DNA from: Cenarchaeum sp.
Lineage (GTDB): Archaea; Thermoproteota; Nitrososphaeria; Nitrososphaerales; Nitrosopumilaceae
DNA length: 32,000 bases
NCBI GenBank assembly: GCA_965206845.1
Contig: OZ242221.1
Coordinates: 1,322,679 to 1,354,678, forward strand
Reading direction: 5' to 3'
Made by a program: the position numbers and the translations under genes. The first letter of the stretch is position 1. Each line of letters begins with the position of its first letter. This document shows positions 25,032 through 32,000 of the stretch, piece after piece. The notes beneath the pieces were generated by a model, which made no database searches, was not told the origin of the DNA, and was given only the letters and a program-made list of their open reading frames with translations.

Positions 25032-26018
25032 CTAGAGGTGCATCCTGACCCTTTCAAGCAGTATGACGGGAATCATTGCAATTATCCCAATCATCATGAT
25101 ATGCGAAAACTCCGGTACTACCGCGATGCCGCCAAAGCAGGCAGCCTCGTCCTCCAGATTGCCGTTTAGGAACATTGAGCACCCTGCGCCGTCTGTCTGG
25201 ATGATGATGTCCCCGGTATGTGTCCTAAGAAGATGGTCCGCGCCGGCATACCTGTTGACTGCATCTTGGTGCGGATGTCCGTACTGGTTGTTCTCGTTTG
25301 CCGAGAATATTACGGTTCTTGGCGTGGTGGCATCTACGAATGCCGGCGTGCTTGCATGCTTTGAGCCATGGTGCGGCGCGTTGAGAATGTCCACATCTAG
25401 GACGTCTGCGGCATATCTGTTGACAAGCCACGACTCTGTGGTAAAGGTGGCGTCGGCCGTAAACAGGAACTCAATGTCGCCATACTCCAAGAGCATGATC
25501 ACGGAATTTGAGTTTTCGAGCGACGCGTTTCGCCTTTCACTGATCAGTGATTCTGGCGGACTGAGAACCCTGACAGATACCGAATCATCAAGATTTATGG
25601 TGTCGCCCGTATGTGCGATGGACCTGCCTTCTGCCAGGCTAAGGAATCTTTGATATGTCCGGGTCTCCTTCTCCGTGGGGCCTGTTATGATCCCCTTTAC
25701 CTCGATCGATCCGTCCTGCAACAAAGCGTTGAGTCCCCCTATGTGATCCTGATCCGGATGTGTTGCAACAACTGCGTCTATTGTGCTGATGTCAAATGAC
25801 TGTAACACCTCCTTGATATTCGGGTATGCTGATGATAGCCCGCCATCAATGAGCATGGTCTTCTCGTTTGGGAAGATGACAAGTGTCGAGTCACCCTTTG
25901 TCTCAAGATCAATGAACACAACCGTCAGCCCATCAAAGTCGTATGCGTCATGGTCTGCATATGCAAACGGGGCGGATGCCGCCGGCAATAACAACAACAG
26001 AATGTACGTTACCTTCAC
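25032..26018 (-). CDS. Secreted metallo-beta-lactamase-fold hydrolase (ComEC/Rec2-type MBL domain) with a C-terminal PEF-type membrane anchor
   Basis: It uses a GTG start and has the signal peptide MKVTYILLLLLPAASAPFAYA. MBL motifs are ATHPDQDHIGG and APHHGSKH. The C-terminus is VVPEFSHIMMIGIIAMIPVILLERVR (motif + TM + basic tail). Confidence 0.8.
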   Translation of the reverse strand: MKVTYILLLLLPAASAPFAYADHDAYDFDGLTVVFIDLETKGDSTLVIFPNEKTMLIDGGLSSAYPNIKEVLQSFDISTIDAVVATHPDQDHIGGLNALLQDGSIEVKGIITGPTEKETRTYQRFLSLAEGRSIAHTGDTINLDDSVSVRVLSPPESLISERRNASLENSNSVIMLLEYGDIEFLFTADATFTTESWLVNRYAADVLDVDILNAPHHGSKHASTPAFVDATTPRTVIFSANENNQYGHPHQDAVNRYAGADHLLRTHTGDIIIQTDGAGCSMFLNGNLEDEAACFGGIAVVPEFSHIMMIGIIAMIPVILLERVRMHL

Positions 26019-26178
26019 TCAGTCAAACCAAGCCGCGAGCGGTATTTGAACATGCTTGCACCGGCGATATCTGCTTCCCGTGGCGGAGTGCAACGAGATG
26101 GAAGCGAATGAGTGGCCAAGCTTGCGGCGCATTAAAAAGAGTAGAGAGCTCTGCTGTATGACACCTGCGTAGATTCAG

Positions 26179-26252
26179 TGGACTGGAGGGGATTTGAACC
26201 CCTGACCCCCCGCGTGCAAGGCGGGTATACTACCAGGCTATACTACCAGCCC
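26179..26252 (-). tRNA. tRNA-Ala (anticodon UGC)
   Basis: Hand-folded: acceptor GGGCTGG/CCAGTCC with the G3:U70 alanine identity pair, anticodon arm CCCGC-CTTGCAC-GCGGG, T arm AGGGG-TTCAAAT-CCCCT. The TATA AGTTAAAATC lies about 27 nt upstream. Confidence 0.9.
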
Positions 26253-26486
26253 ACAGGCTTGATGGCAGTGCTAGAGATTTTAACTGTTGCTTGGTATCTG
26301 ACCGCATCGGCCCGTGGGCAGGGTTGTCTAAAGAACCGATCCTCCACCAACTGCCTCACCTGCTCTTCCAACTGAACCCAAAACCTCGGGCGGCATGTTT
26401 TGGCACCTGTGTCCACGGTAGCGGACTCTGAGCGATCTGACTAACCGAAGGGAAAGAATTTATTTGAAAAACTGACAATCAGGGTC

Positions 26487-27041
26487 ATGGTTCTGCTCGA
26501 GTCTGCAAAGATGCTAAAGAAGGGGGATGTCGCCCCGAACTTTGATCTGTTTGGAACCGATGGCAGAAGACACTCCGCTGACAGCTATGGGGACTATGAG
26601 GGACTGCTGGTGATCTTCATGTGCAACCACTGCCCGTATGTCAAGGCCAAACTGGGCGCCATCAAGGAGATACACAGCAGGTTCAGGGATCGCGTAGCGA
26701 TTGTAGGCATCAACAGCAACGACTCGACTCGATACCCCGACGACAGCTTTGAGAACATGAAGGCCGTGGCCAAGGAGAAGGGCCTGGAGTTTGACTACCT
26801 GGCAGATGAGACTCAGGAGGTGGCAAGAGAATACGGTGCTGCATGCACGCCGGACCCATTCCTCTTTGACAGGAAGCGGCGGCTTGTATTTCACGGCAGG
26901 CTTGATGACGCGCTCAAGCTCGATGACACGGCCACGGAGAAGACCACGATGAACAACATAGAAAAGATGCTGGCAGGGCAGGAGATAGAGAAGGACTTTG
27001 ATCCATCCATCGGATGCTCGATCAAGTGGAAGCAGAATTAG
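26487..27041 (+). CDS. Thioredoxin-fold redoxin (AhpC/TSA-like thiol-disulfide oxidoreductase)
   Basis: 184 aa with the CxxC motif CNHCPY inside a redoxin-like fold pattern (GDVAPNFDL...LLVIFMCNHCPYV). The TATA AATTTATTTG lies about 20 nt upstream of the ATG at 26487. Confidence 0.8.
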   Translation: MVLLESAKMLKKGDVAPNFDLFGTDGRRHSADSYGDYEGLLVIFMCNHCPYVKAKLGAIKEIHSRFRDRVAIVGINSNDSTRYPDDSFENMKAVAKEKGLEFDYLADETQEVAREYGAACTPDPFLFDRKRRLVFHGRLDDALKLDDTATEKTTMNNIEKMLAGQEIEKDFDPSIGCSIKWKQN

Positions 27042-27072
27042 ACTTAAATGGCTGCGGGCTGCAAAAATTTCA

Positions 27073-27159
27073 GGGCCGGTAGCTCAGCTTGGCTGGAGCG
27101 TTCGACTGATAAACCATTTGGATATCGAAAGGTCGTGAGTTCGAATCTCACTCGGCCCA
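27073..27159 (+). tRNA. tRNA-Ile (anticodon GAU) with a 12 nt intron at the canonical 37/38 position
   Basis: Acceptor GGGCCGG/TCGGCCC, D arm GCTC...GAGC, anticodon stem TTCGA/TCGAA, loop CTGATA[AACCATTTGGAT]A, T arm GTGAG-TTCGAAT-CTCAC. The intron is at 27112-27123. Confidence 0.85.
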
Positions 27160-27161
27160 TC

Positions 27162-28058
27162 TCACTCCTTGTATCTCTCAAAGGTCGTCTCTGACCACTG
27201 TAGTATCTTATCCATGTCGTGGGACAGAATGTCTGACTCCGCCTCGGCATCTTCGCTCATACTGCCGCACAGGGCCAGGGAGAGGTTGCCACGCTTGCGG
27301 ATTCCTGCAGAGCTCACGGCGTCTGCAAAAAAGCTGAGGCCCTCTTCTGTCTGGGAGAAGACCACGATTATCATGATCCCGCGCCTAGACTTCCAGACCC
27401 GGGAGAGAAACTTTGGCAGGTCGATGTCAAACAAGACGTTTACCGATGAGGACATGTCGCCCAGATTGTACACCTGCCATCCCATGGAGCGGTACGACGC
27501 CTCGGCGCAGTAGCACTGCAAGAGGCTCTGGCCGTCTGCGGCGATCAGGGTGACATTTCTGTCGTCTTCGGCATCAGGCGCGTGCGCCTGCGCCAGCTTG
27601 ACGCAGTTGAGGATCGAGCTCTCAAACATGCCCATCTCCGAGTTGCCTATTTTGGCCTCATCGTACATCAGGCGGACAGAGGAGATGGATGGGAGCATCA
27701 CGTCGATCATGAGGCGCGGTACGGATGCACCGGAGTTGATGCTGCTTTGAATCAGCGTGCGCGCGCGTAGGTCATGCCCCCCGATCAGGCTGTCCAGAAA
27801 CCGGGCCTTTACCTTAAAGTAGTCGTCGGGAAACCGGAACAGCTCGGCTCCCTCCAGTGCAGTCCAGAGCGTAATGTTTCCTATGTCCCTGCGGCGGACC
27901 ATCTCTTGGGCGGCAAACATGCTGAGGTACTTGGTTGTGGTAATCCTGTTGACGCCCAGCTCTGCAGATATCTCCACGCCGGACATCCCGATCTTTGATC
28001 CGGCCAGGATGTTCAGGATCTTTTCTCCGATCTCCAGCGTGGAGTAGCTCCTTGCCAT
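27162..28058 (-). CDS. Winged-HTH transcriptional regulator with a C-terminal cobalamin-binding-like (B12-binding_2 + Rossmann) module lacking the canonical His ligand
   Basis: The N-terminus ILNILAGSKIGMSGVEISAELGVNRITTTKYLSMF is a wHTH. The middle LMIDVMLPSISSVRLMYDEAKIGNSEMGMFESS resembles the B12-binding_2 helical cap. VTLIAADGQSLLQCY sits where DxHxxG would be, with H replaced by Q. The assignment is by pattern only. Confidence 0.55.
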   Translation of the reverse strand: MARSYSTLEIGEKILNILAGSKIGMSGVEISAELGVNRITTTKYLSMFAAQEMVRRRDIGNITLWTALEGAELFRFPDDYFKVKARFLDSLIGGHDLRARTLIQSSINSGASVPRLMIDVMLPSISSVRLMYDEAKIGNSEMGMFESSILNCVKLAQAHAPDAEDDRNVTLIAADGQSLLQCYCAEASYRSMGWQVYNLGDMSSSVNVLFDIDLPKFLSRVWKSRRGIMIIVVFSQTEEGLSFFADAVSSAGIRKRGNLSLALCGSMSEDAEAESDILSHDMDKILQWSETTFERYKE

Positions 28059-28318
28059 ATGTGGTTATGGCTACTGGTATCGTATAAAGAATGACTGCAT
28101 GCGGTGGATAGAGGTCCGGTAGCCTGTCCGCAACGCCGGTTCCCATCCGGCTATGCGACAGCGCCGGTTGCACTTCGGGAAGGGGCGAGATCACCTACCG
28201 TACTGGCTCTGCCATGGGAACTTGGTCTTGGCGCATGCGCTGGCGCCAAGATGAACAGGGACTCGGGCCTCGAAATCTCGTAAACTGTTAAATTTTGCGC
28301 AGTCGAGGGTACTGTGTT

Positions 28319-28439
28319 GGAGGAGTAATCAAGCCTGGCCAAAGCAAGCCGTTTGGCTTTTGGACATGCAGGACTTAAGATCAAACAATGGGTGATCCTG
28401 TCTCCTAGGAGTTCGTGGGTTCGAATCCCACCTCCTCCA
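28319..28439 (+). tRNA. tRNA-Leu (anticodon UAA) with two introns: a non-canonical one in the D arm (28345-28365) and a canonical one at 37/38 (28380-28394)
   Basis: Acceptor GGAGGAG/CTCCTCC. Removing CAAGCCGTTTGGCTTTTGGAC restores the D arm ATCA-AGCCTGGCCAA-AGAT. The anticodon stem is CAGGA/TCCTG with loop CTTAAG[ATCAAACAATGGGTG]A. It has a long variable arm TCTCCTAGGAGTTC and T arm GTGGG-TTCGAAT-CCCAC. The mature length of 85 nt fits tRNA-Leu. Confidence 0.8.
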
Positions 28440-28513
28440 TCCTCGTCACATGCCATACGGAGGCCCACAGGCCGCGCCACAGATCTGCAGATCCTGCCAA
28501 ACCTTGGTACATT

Positions 28514-28539
28514 AAAAAAATAGAACGCAATTTTTTTTT
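28514..28539. terminator. Bidirectional A7/T9 terminator between tRNA-Leu and the convergent 131 aa gene
   Basis: AAAAAAATAGAACGCAATTTTTTTTT gives a T run on both strands. Confidence 0.5.
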
Positions 28540-28543
28540 GCAG

Positions 28544-28939
28544 TTATTTTTCAAAGTATGGGTTTTTGATTCCCCGGGAGTCTAGCTTCTCATAGACTGT
28601 GGGGATTGAGAAGACATACCCTACATGAATGCAGTCCTTCTCCTCACACAGATGGCAGTACAGCTCCCCGTTCTGGATGGTAATCTCGGCAATTCTGTTC
28701 TTGATGTTGTCCTTGAGAATTACGCGATCTCCCTCCACTGCGAGCTCTTGGAACTTTGGAGCATGCGCTGCAAAGGTTTTATCCCTCTGCATCATCTCCT
28801 CTAGCATGGACGTAACATATCCAGCAAAGCTGTTTACGCCCTTGGAGGCCAGCTGTTCCTTGTTACTCTGGTATACCTCGTAGAACCTGTCGTACACGTA
28901 CTGTGAGAGTGTTATTGACTTGAAACCGGCTTTTGGCAA
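28544..28939 (-). CDS. Hypothetical protein with an N-terminal ribbon-helix-helix-like segment and a C-terminal Cys/His motif
   Basis: 131 aa with a TTG start. KSITLSQYVYDRFYEVY is RHH-like. YCHLCEEKDCIH is a possible zinc knuckle. The gene is AT-richer than its neighbours. Confidence 0.65.
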   Translation of the reverse strand: MPKAGFKSITLSQYVYDRFYEVYQSNKEQLASKGVNSFAGYVTSMLEEMMQRDKTFAAHAPKFQELAVEGDRVILKDNIKNRIAEITIQNGELYCHLCEEKDCIHVGYVFSIPTVYEKLDSRGIKNPYFEK

Positions 28940-29265
28940 ATTACTTTCACTTTACCGTACCATAAAGTATACTGGTATATAAAATTTTAGAGCGATCCGG
29001 AGCGCGGATTCCACTTCCACCTCCCATTCAGGCACAAAGGTACACACCGTGTGAAGTCCCTGCATCCGGTTCGACACGGCCGATGATCCCATGCATCCCC
29101 TGACTGCCATGGGTATGCGCGCAAAACCGGCAGATCTTCAGGCAGATCACGACCGCACAGAGCAGCCGGCGCGCATTAGCTGCACCATCTTTCATTCGGG
29201 CATTGGGATATACACCTAGACGAATCCCTGCGCTCGGTTCTGTGCGGCAGGCGACGCCGGATCAA

Positions 29266-30492
29266 CGGCTGCCGGGGGTTGGTGCGTAATTCTCCGAACC
29301 GCCTAGACCAGTCCGATACGTTCAATGATCCGCGATCTCCCGCACGCGGCAATGAGCGAACACAACAGACGGGAAGGATACTGGCAGTACTATGAACTGG
29401 CAAAGGAAGTCGAGGCACCTAGTCTGAAGAGGACGCTGATCGAGATAATCCGGGAGAACCCTTGCCCGCGCCGAGAAAACGGCAACAGGGGCCGTCCCCC
29501 GGTTCACTCCAAGGAGAAACTGGACTTTGCCTGTCTGCTGATGATGGCAGGCAACAACACCTATCGCGGAGTCGAATCGGACCTGCGAGGCATGCGGACA
29601 CCATGGGACAACGAGCCCGTCCCGGACCATACCACACTGGTCAGGCACCTCCAGACGATACCGGCAGACTGGCTCGATCTGATCGTGGCCGAGACGGCCC
29701 GCCGTTGCATCAAGGAGGCGGACGAGGCGACGGGCCCGCTGGGAGCCGACAGCAGCGCGGCGGAGACCACTAGGTACGAATACGTCGAGAGGCCAAGCAG
29801 GAAGGAGCGCGACTTCGTCGAGACACGCCAAAAGACCTACTGGAAATACCACATAACGGCCATCTTGGGCCTGCAGATCGTGCTGGCGGCGTTCACCACG
29901 CCCAGCAACATCAACGACACGACCATGCTTCCAGTCATGCTGGCTGAGATCAGGCGTCGCGGGTTTGACTTTGCGGGGAACTTCTTTGACGGGGACAAGG
30001 GGTACGACTCTGACTACAACTGCGAGCTGCTGTTCTGGATGGGCATGATCCCCAACATCAAGCAACGGAAGGATGCCGTCAACCGTGGCAAGTCGCACAG
30101 GAGGAAGGCAGCTGGCATGTTCAGCGATAGCGAGTACAGAAAGAGGGCCCTGATAGAGGGCATCTTCGGGGCCGAGGAGACCCGGCGGCACCAGCTGCAC
30201 TGCCGGTTCGTCCGGAAGGACAACCGGCGCCTGTTCGCCAAGGGAAGGGCGATCGCCTGGAACATCCGGGTCCTCAACCGGTTCGAGTGCGCCAACCGGC
30301 TAAACATACCAATACCCTCCTACGGTGGCATGGCGCACGTGGAGTGCGCCTGATGATCCGACCCGTCAGTAGCTGATCACGGCGTGCGGGCAACAAAAGC
30401 CCGACACGCACCAAAGCACCGCCGGTGAAGATGCGGTGGGAGACACACATGAGCAGGACGGAGCAGAATTACGCACCAACCCCCGGCTGCCG
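29266..30492 (+). mobile_element. IS5-family insertion sequence (about 1.23 kb) with 28 bp terminal inverted repeats (1 mismatch)
   Basis: 29266-29293 is CGGCTGCCGGGGGTTGGTGCGTAATTCT. The reverse complement of 30465-30492 is CGGCAGCCGGGGGTTGGTGCGTAATTCT. The pair encloses a DDE transposase. I found no clear target duplication. Confidence 0.8.
29325..30353 (+). CDS. IS5/IS4-type DDE transposase (DDE_Tnp_1)
   Basis: 342 aa. GADSSAAET, FDGDKGYDS, and RALIEGIFG match the D, D, E regions typical of IS5-family transposases. The 292 aa antisense ORF at 29322-30200 is a shadow. Confidence 0.88.
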   Translation: MIRDLPHAAMSEHNRREGYWQYYELAKEVEAPSLKRTLIEIIRENPCPRRENGNRGRPPVHSKEKLDFACLLMMAGNNTYRGVESDLRGMRTPWDNEPVPDHTTLVRHLQTIPADWLDLIVAETARRCIKEADEATGPLGADSSAAETTRYEYVERPSRKERDFVETRQKTYWKYHITAILGLQIVLAAFTTPSNINDTTMLPVMLAEIRRRGFDFAGNFFDGDKGYDSDYNCELLFWMGMIPNIKQRKDAVNRGKSHRRKAAGMFSDSEYRKRALIEGIFGAEETRRHQLHCRFVRKDNRRLFAKGRAIAWNIRVLNRFECANRLNIPIPSYGGMAHVECA

Positions 30493-30528
30493 GATGGATT
30501 TAAATAGGATTAGTTCTGTTCCATTAGC

Positions 30529-30636
30529 ATGGCAAATCCAGCAGACGGTTGGCCGGTATGGATACCTCTTATTGTGGGATTAGCTCCAGGATTAGTTTAC
30601 TGGTTCGCTATCACAGCAAGACGATCTAGAAGGTAG
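30529..30636 (+). CDS. Possible 35 aa single-pass membrane peptide
   Basis: My own translation gives MANPADGWPVWIPLIVGLAPGLVYWFAITARRSRR. A strong TATA ATTTAAATAGG (30498-30508) lies 21 nt upstream of the ATG. It is below the ORF-track cutoff, and its third-position GC is low. Confidence 0.35.
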   Translation: MANPADGWPVWIPLIVGLAPGLVYWFAITARRSRR

Positions 30637-30773
30637 AAACGCACGGTTTCCAATCTTTTTCTTCTTTATCCAAATTGAACCCCGTCGGGCATCACATTCC
30701 ACATTCAGGTGTGTTCTGGTGCTTGATGTGGCTTTACTGCAAGACAAATTAATCACCTCTATACAAGCACTGT

Positions 30774-31814
30774 GTGAAGATCCTTCTGATAGTAGTCTTG
30801 GCAGCAATCCTGATTCCTGCAGGCATCAGCGCAGCCCCGCCCATAGACACTTTGCCCTCGCTGAGCGTCAGGCCTACCAGCGATGCCCCGTTCTTTTATC
30901 GGGCAGGCGACAACTCCACCGTGCTTGTCGGCGAGGTTCGTAACGACAACGCCTTTCCTGTGACTGACGTGCAGGTCATTGCAGCATTCTACGACGACGC
31001 AAGCCCCCTGCCTGAGCAGGTTGTGTCTGGATATTCGTTGCTTGAGGTAATTCCGCCAGGCGGGATCTCGCCATACGTCCTCAGAACCACGAACACGGAT
31101 GTCGCCATCAGGCAGGCCACGATGGCCGTGGTCGGATTCACCTCCTCTGCTACAAAACAGCAGGTGCTGGATGTCTCGCTTGATCTATCGGGATTTGCAG
31201 AAAGGATGTATCTTGCTGGCATGGTCACAAACGGAGCCAGCGTCCCATCTGAGAACACCAGGGTGCATGTGGCAGTCTATGATCCATTCATACCGCCTAG
31301 GCTGCTGGACGTGCATACCATATATCTGGACAGCATCGGTGCAAACTCCGCACTGGAGTTTGTCCTTGACGAGCAGCGCAGCCACATGGCATACAGCGTA
31401 GCCATATTTGCCGAGTCAGGCAACTTTGGAGCAAATGTGCTCGAGCTTGACATGCCCCCGCTTGTGCCCCCTGCACACCGGGCAACCATACACGATACCG
31501 CAGCGTCCGGCACACCGGGCAGGACGGCGCCTTCTGCTGGCTCTCCTGTTCTCGTAGAGAGCGTAATATCAGTGCAGGGTGAGCCGCTTCCGGCAGGCTA
31601 CACCTACTATGTCCAGATCCGGGAGTCGGAGCAGTCCCCCGCGGAGTTTGTTGGCGTGTACGAGTCTGGGCTTGACGAACCTGGATTTCAGAATCCCGGA
31701 GTGGAGTGGATCCCGCCTAGGCCAGGTGTTTACCACGTGGAGACGTTTGTGTGGTCCTCGTATGGAGGCGCGCTGGCGGCCCCCGGCCCCATCGTCACAG
31801 TGGAGGTCATCTGA
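30774..31814 (+). CDS. Secreted hypothetical protein
   Basis: 346 aa with a GTG start and the signal peptide MKILLIVVLAAILIPAGISAAPP. I recognised no family. Confidence 0.75.
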   Translation: MKILLIVVLAAILIPAGISAAPPIDTLPSLSVRPTSDAPFFYRAGDNSTVLVGEVRNDNAFPVTDVQVIAAFYDDASPLPEQVVSGYSLLEVIPPGGISPYVLRTTNTDVAIRQATMAVVGFTSSATKQQVLDVSLDLSGFAERMYLAGMVTNGASVPSENTRVHVAVYDPFIPPRLLDVHTIYLDSIGANSALEFVLDEQRSHMAYSVAIFAESGNFGANVLELDMPPLVPPAHRATIHDTAASGTPGRTAPSAGSPVLVESVISVQGEPLPAGYTYYVQIRESEQSPAEFVGVYESGLDEPGFQNPGVEWIPPRPGVYHVETFVWSSYGGALAAPGPIVTVEVI

Positions 31815-31843
31815 GGCGTGCAGCTTGGTTTATCTTTTCGATC

Positions 31844-32000
31844 ATGGCATCTTCTGCAGTGAAGAGGTACGGCCTTGTCGCCACCGGTGGCACCTTTGAT
31901 ATCATACACAGGGGACACCGCGCCCTGCTGTCTGAGGCATTCTCGGTATCGGAGCGCGTGATCATCGGCCTCACAGGCGACGGCCTTGCCAAGAGGAGGG
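31844..32000 (+). CDS. Cytidylyltransferase-fold protein, probably archaeal phosphopantetheine adenylyltransferase; 3' end truncated by the window edge
   Basis: My own translation from the ATG at 31844 gives MASSAVKRYGLVATGGTFDIIHRGHRALLSEAFSVSERVIIGLTGDGLAKRR. It carries the GGTFDxxHxGH nucleotidyltransferase signature. Confidence 0.7.
   Translation, partial: MASSAVKRYGLVATGGTFDIIHRGHRALLSEAFSVSERVIIGLTGDGLAKRR

Noticed and set aside
25032-26018. The MBL-fold gene as a possible restriction partner of the Dam methyltransferase
   Set aside because: It has a signal peptide and a C-terminal membrane anchor, and a tRNA gene separates it from the MTase. It is an extracytoplasmic hydrolase, not a restriction endonuclease.
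26178-26375. 65 aa plus-strand ORF
   Set aside because: It overlaps tRNA-Ala on the opposite strand and is an artefact of the tRNA sequence.
28151-28480. 109 aa minus-strand ORF
   Set aside because: It overlaps tRNA-Leu and its promoter on the opposite strand.
29322-30200. 292 aa minus-strand ORF overlapping the IS5 transposase
   Set aside because: It is antisense to a transposase with clear DDE motifs. Its product is a P/L/V/R-rich shadow.
1-32000. CRISPR arrays, rRNA genes, RNase P or SRP RNA
   Set aside because: I saw no short direct repeats with regular spacers. The GAGGAAAGTCC-type RNase P motif is absent. No rRNA-like conserved blocks turned up in any non-coding stretch I inspected.

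Overview
This 32 kb window comes from a GC-rich ammonia-oxidising archaeon (Nitrososphaeria/Thaumarchaeota). The AmoA/B/C/X sequences and the B / C-X-A gene order are of the Nitrosopumilales type. The high GC content resembles Cenarchaeum-like symbionts, but that placement is inference only.

The core content is the complete archaeal ammonia monooxygenase locus: amoB on the minus strand, divergent from amoC-amoX-amoA on the plus strand. Around it are housekeeping genes:
- a CbbQ/NorQ-type AAA+ ATPase with its VWA partner
- a geranylgeranyl-reductase-family flavoprotein
- a UvrD-type helicase fused to a Cas4/AddB-type Fe-S nuclease
- a tightly coupled rps15 / recJ-like / pcc1-like / serS block, followed by rps3ae
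- an RNase HII/HIII-like protein, a redoxin, and the start of an archaeal phosphopantetheine adenylyltransferase
- four tRNAs: Thr-GGU, Ala-UGC, Ile-GAU with a mini-intron, and Leu-UAA with two introns

The main result is how much mobile DNA sits among these core genes. I found an IS110-family element, a TnpB-only element with about 48 bp terminal inverted repeats, an IS481-like element with a 13 bp target duplication, a decayed second copy of that IS, a MITE-like 228 bp element, and an IS5-family element with 28 bp inverted repeats. All three spacers of the amo locus contain mobile-element-derived sequence.

Most genes look leaderless, with an AT-rich TATA box 20-27 nt upstream of the start codon. 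Several use GTG or TTG starts. I saw no rRNA genes and no CRISPR array. Many long ORFs in the supplied track are antisense shadows of real genes in GC-rich DNA.
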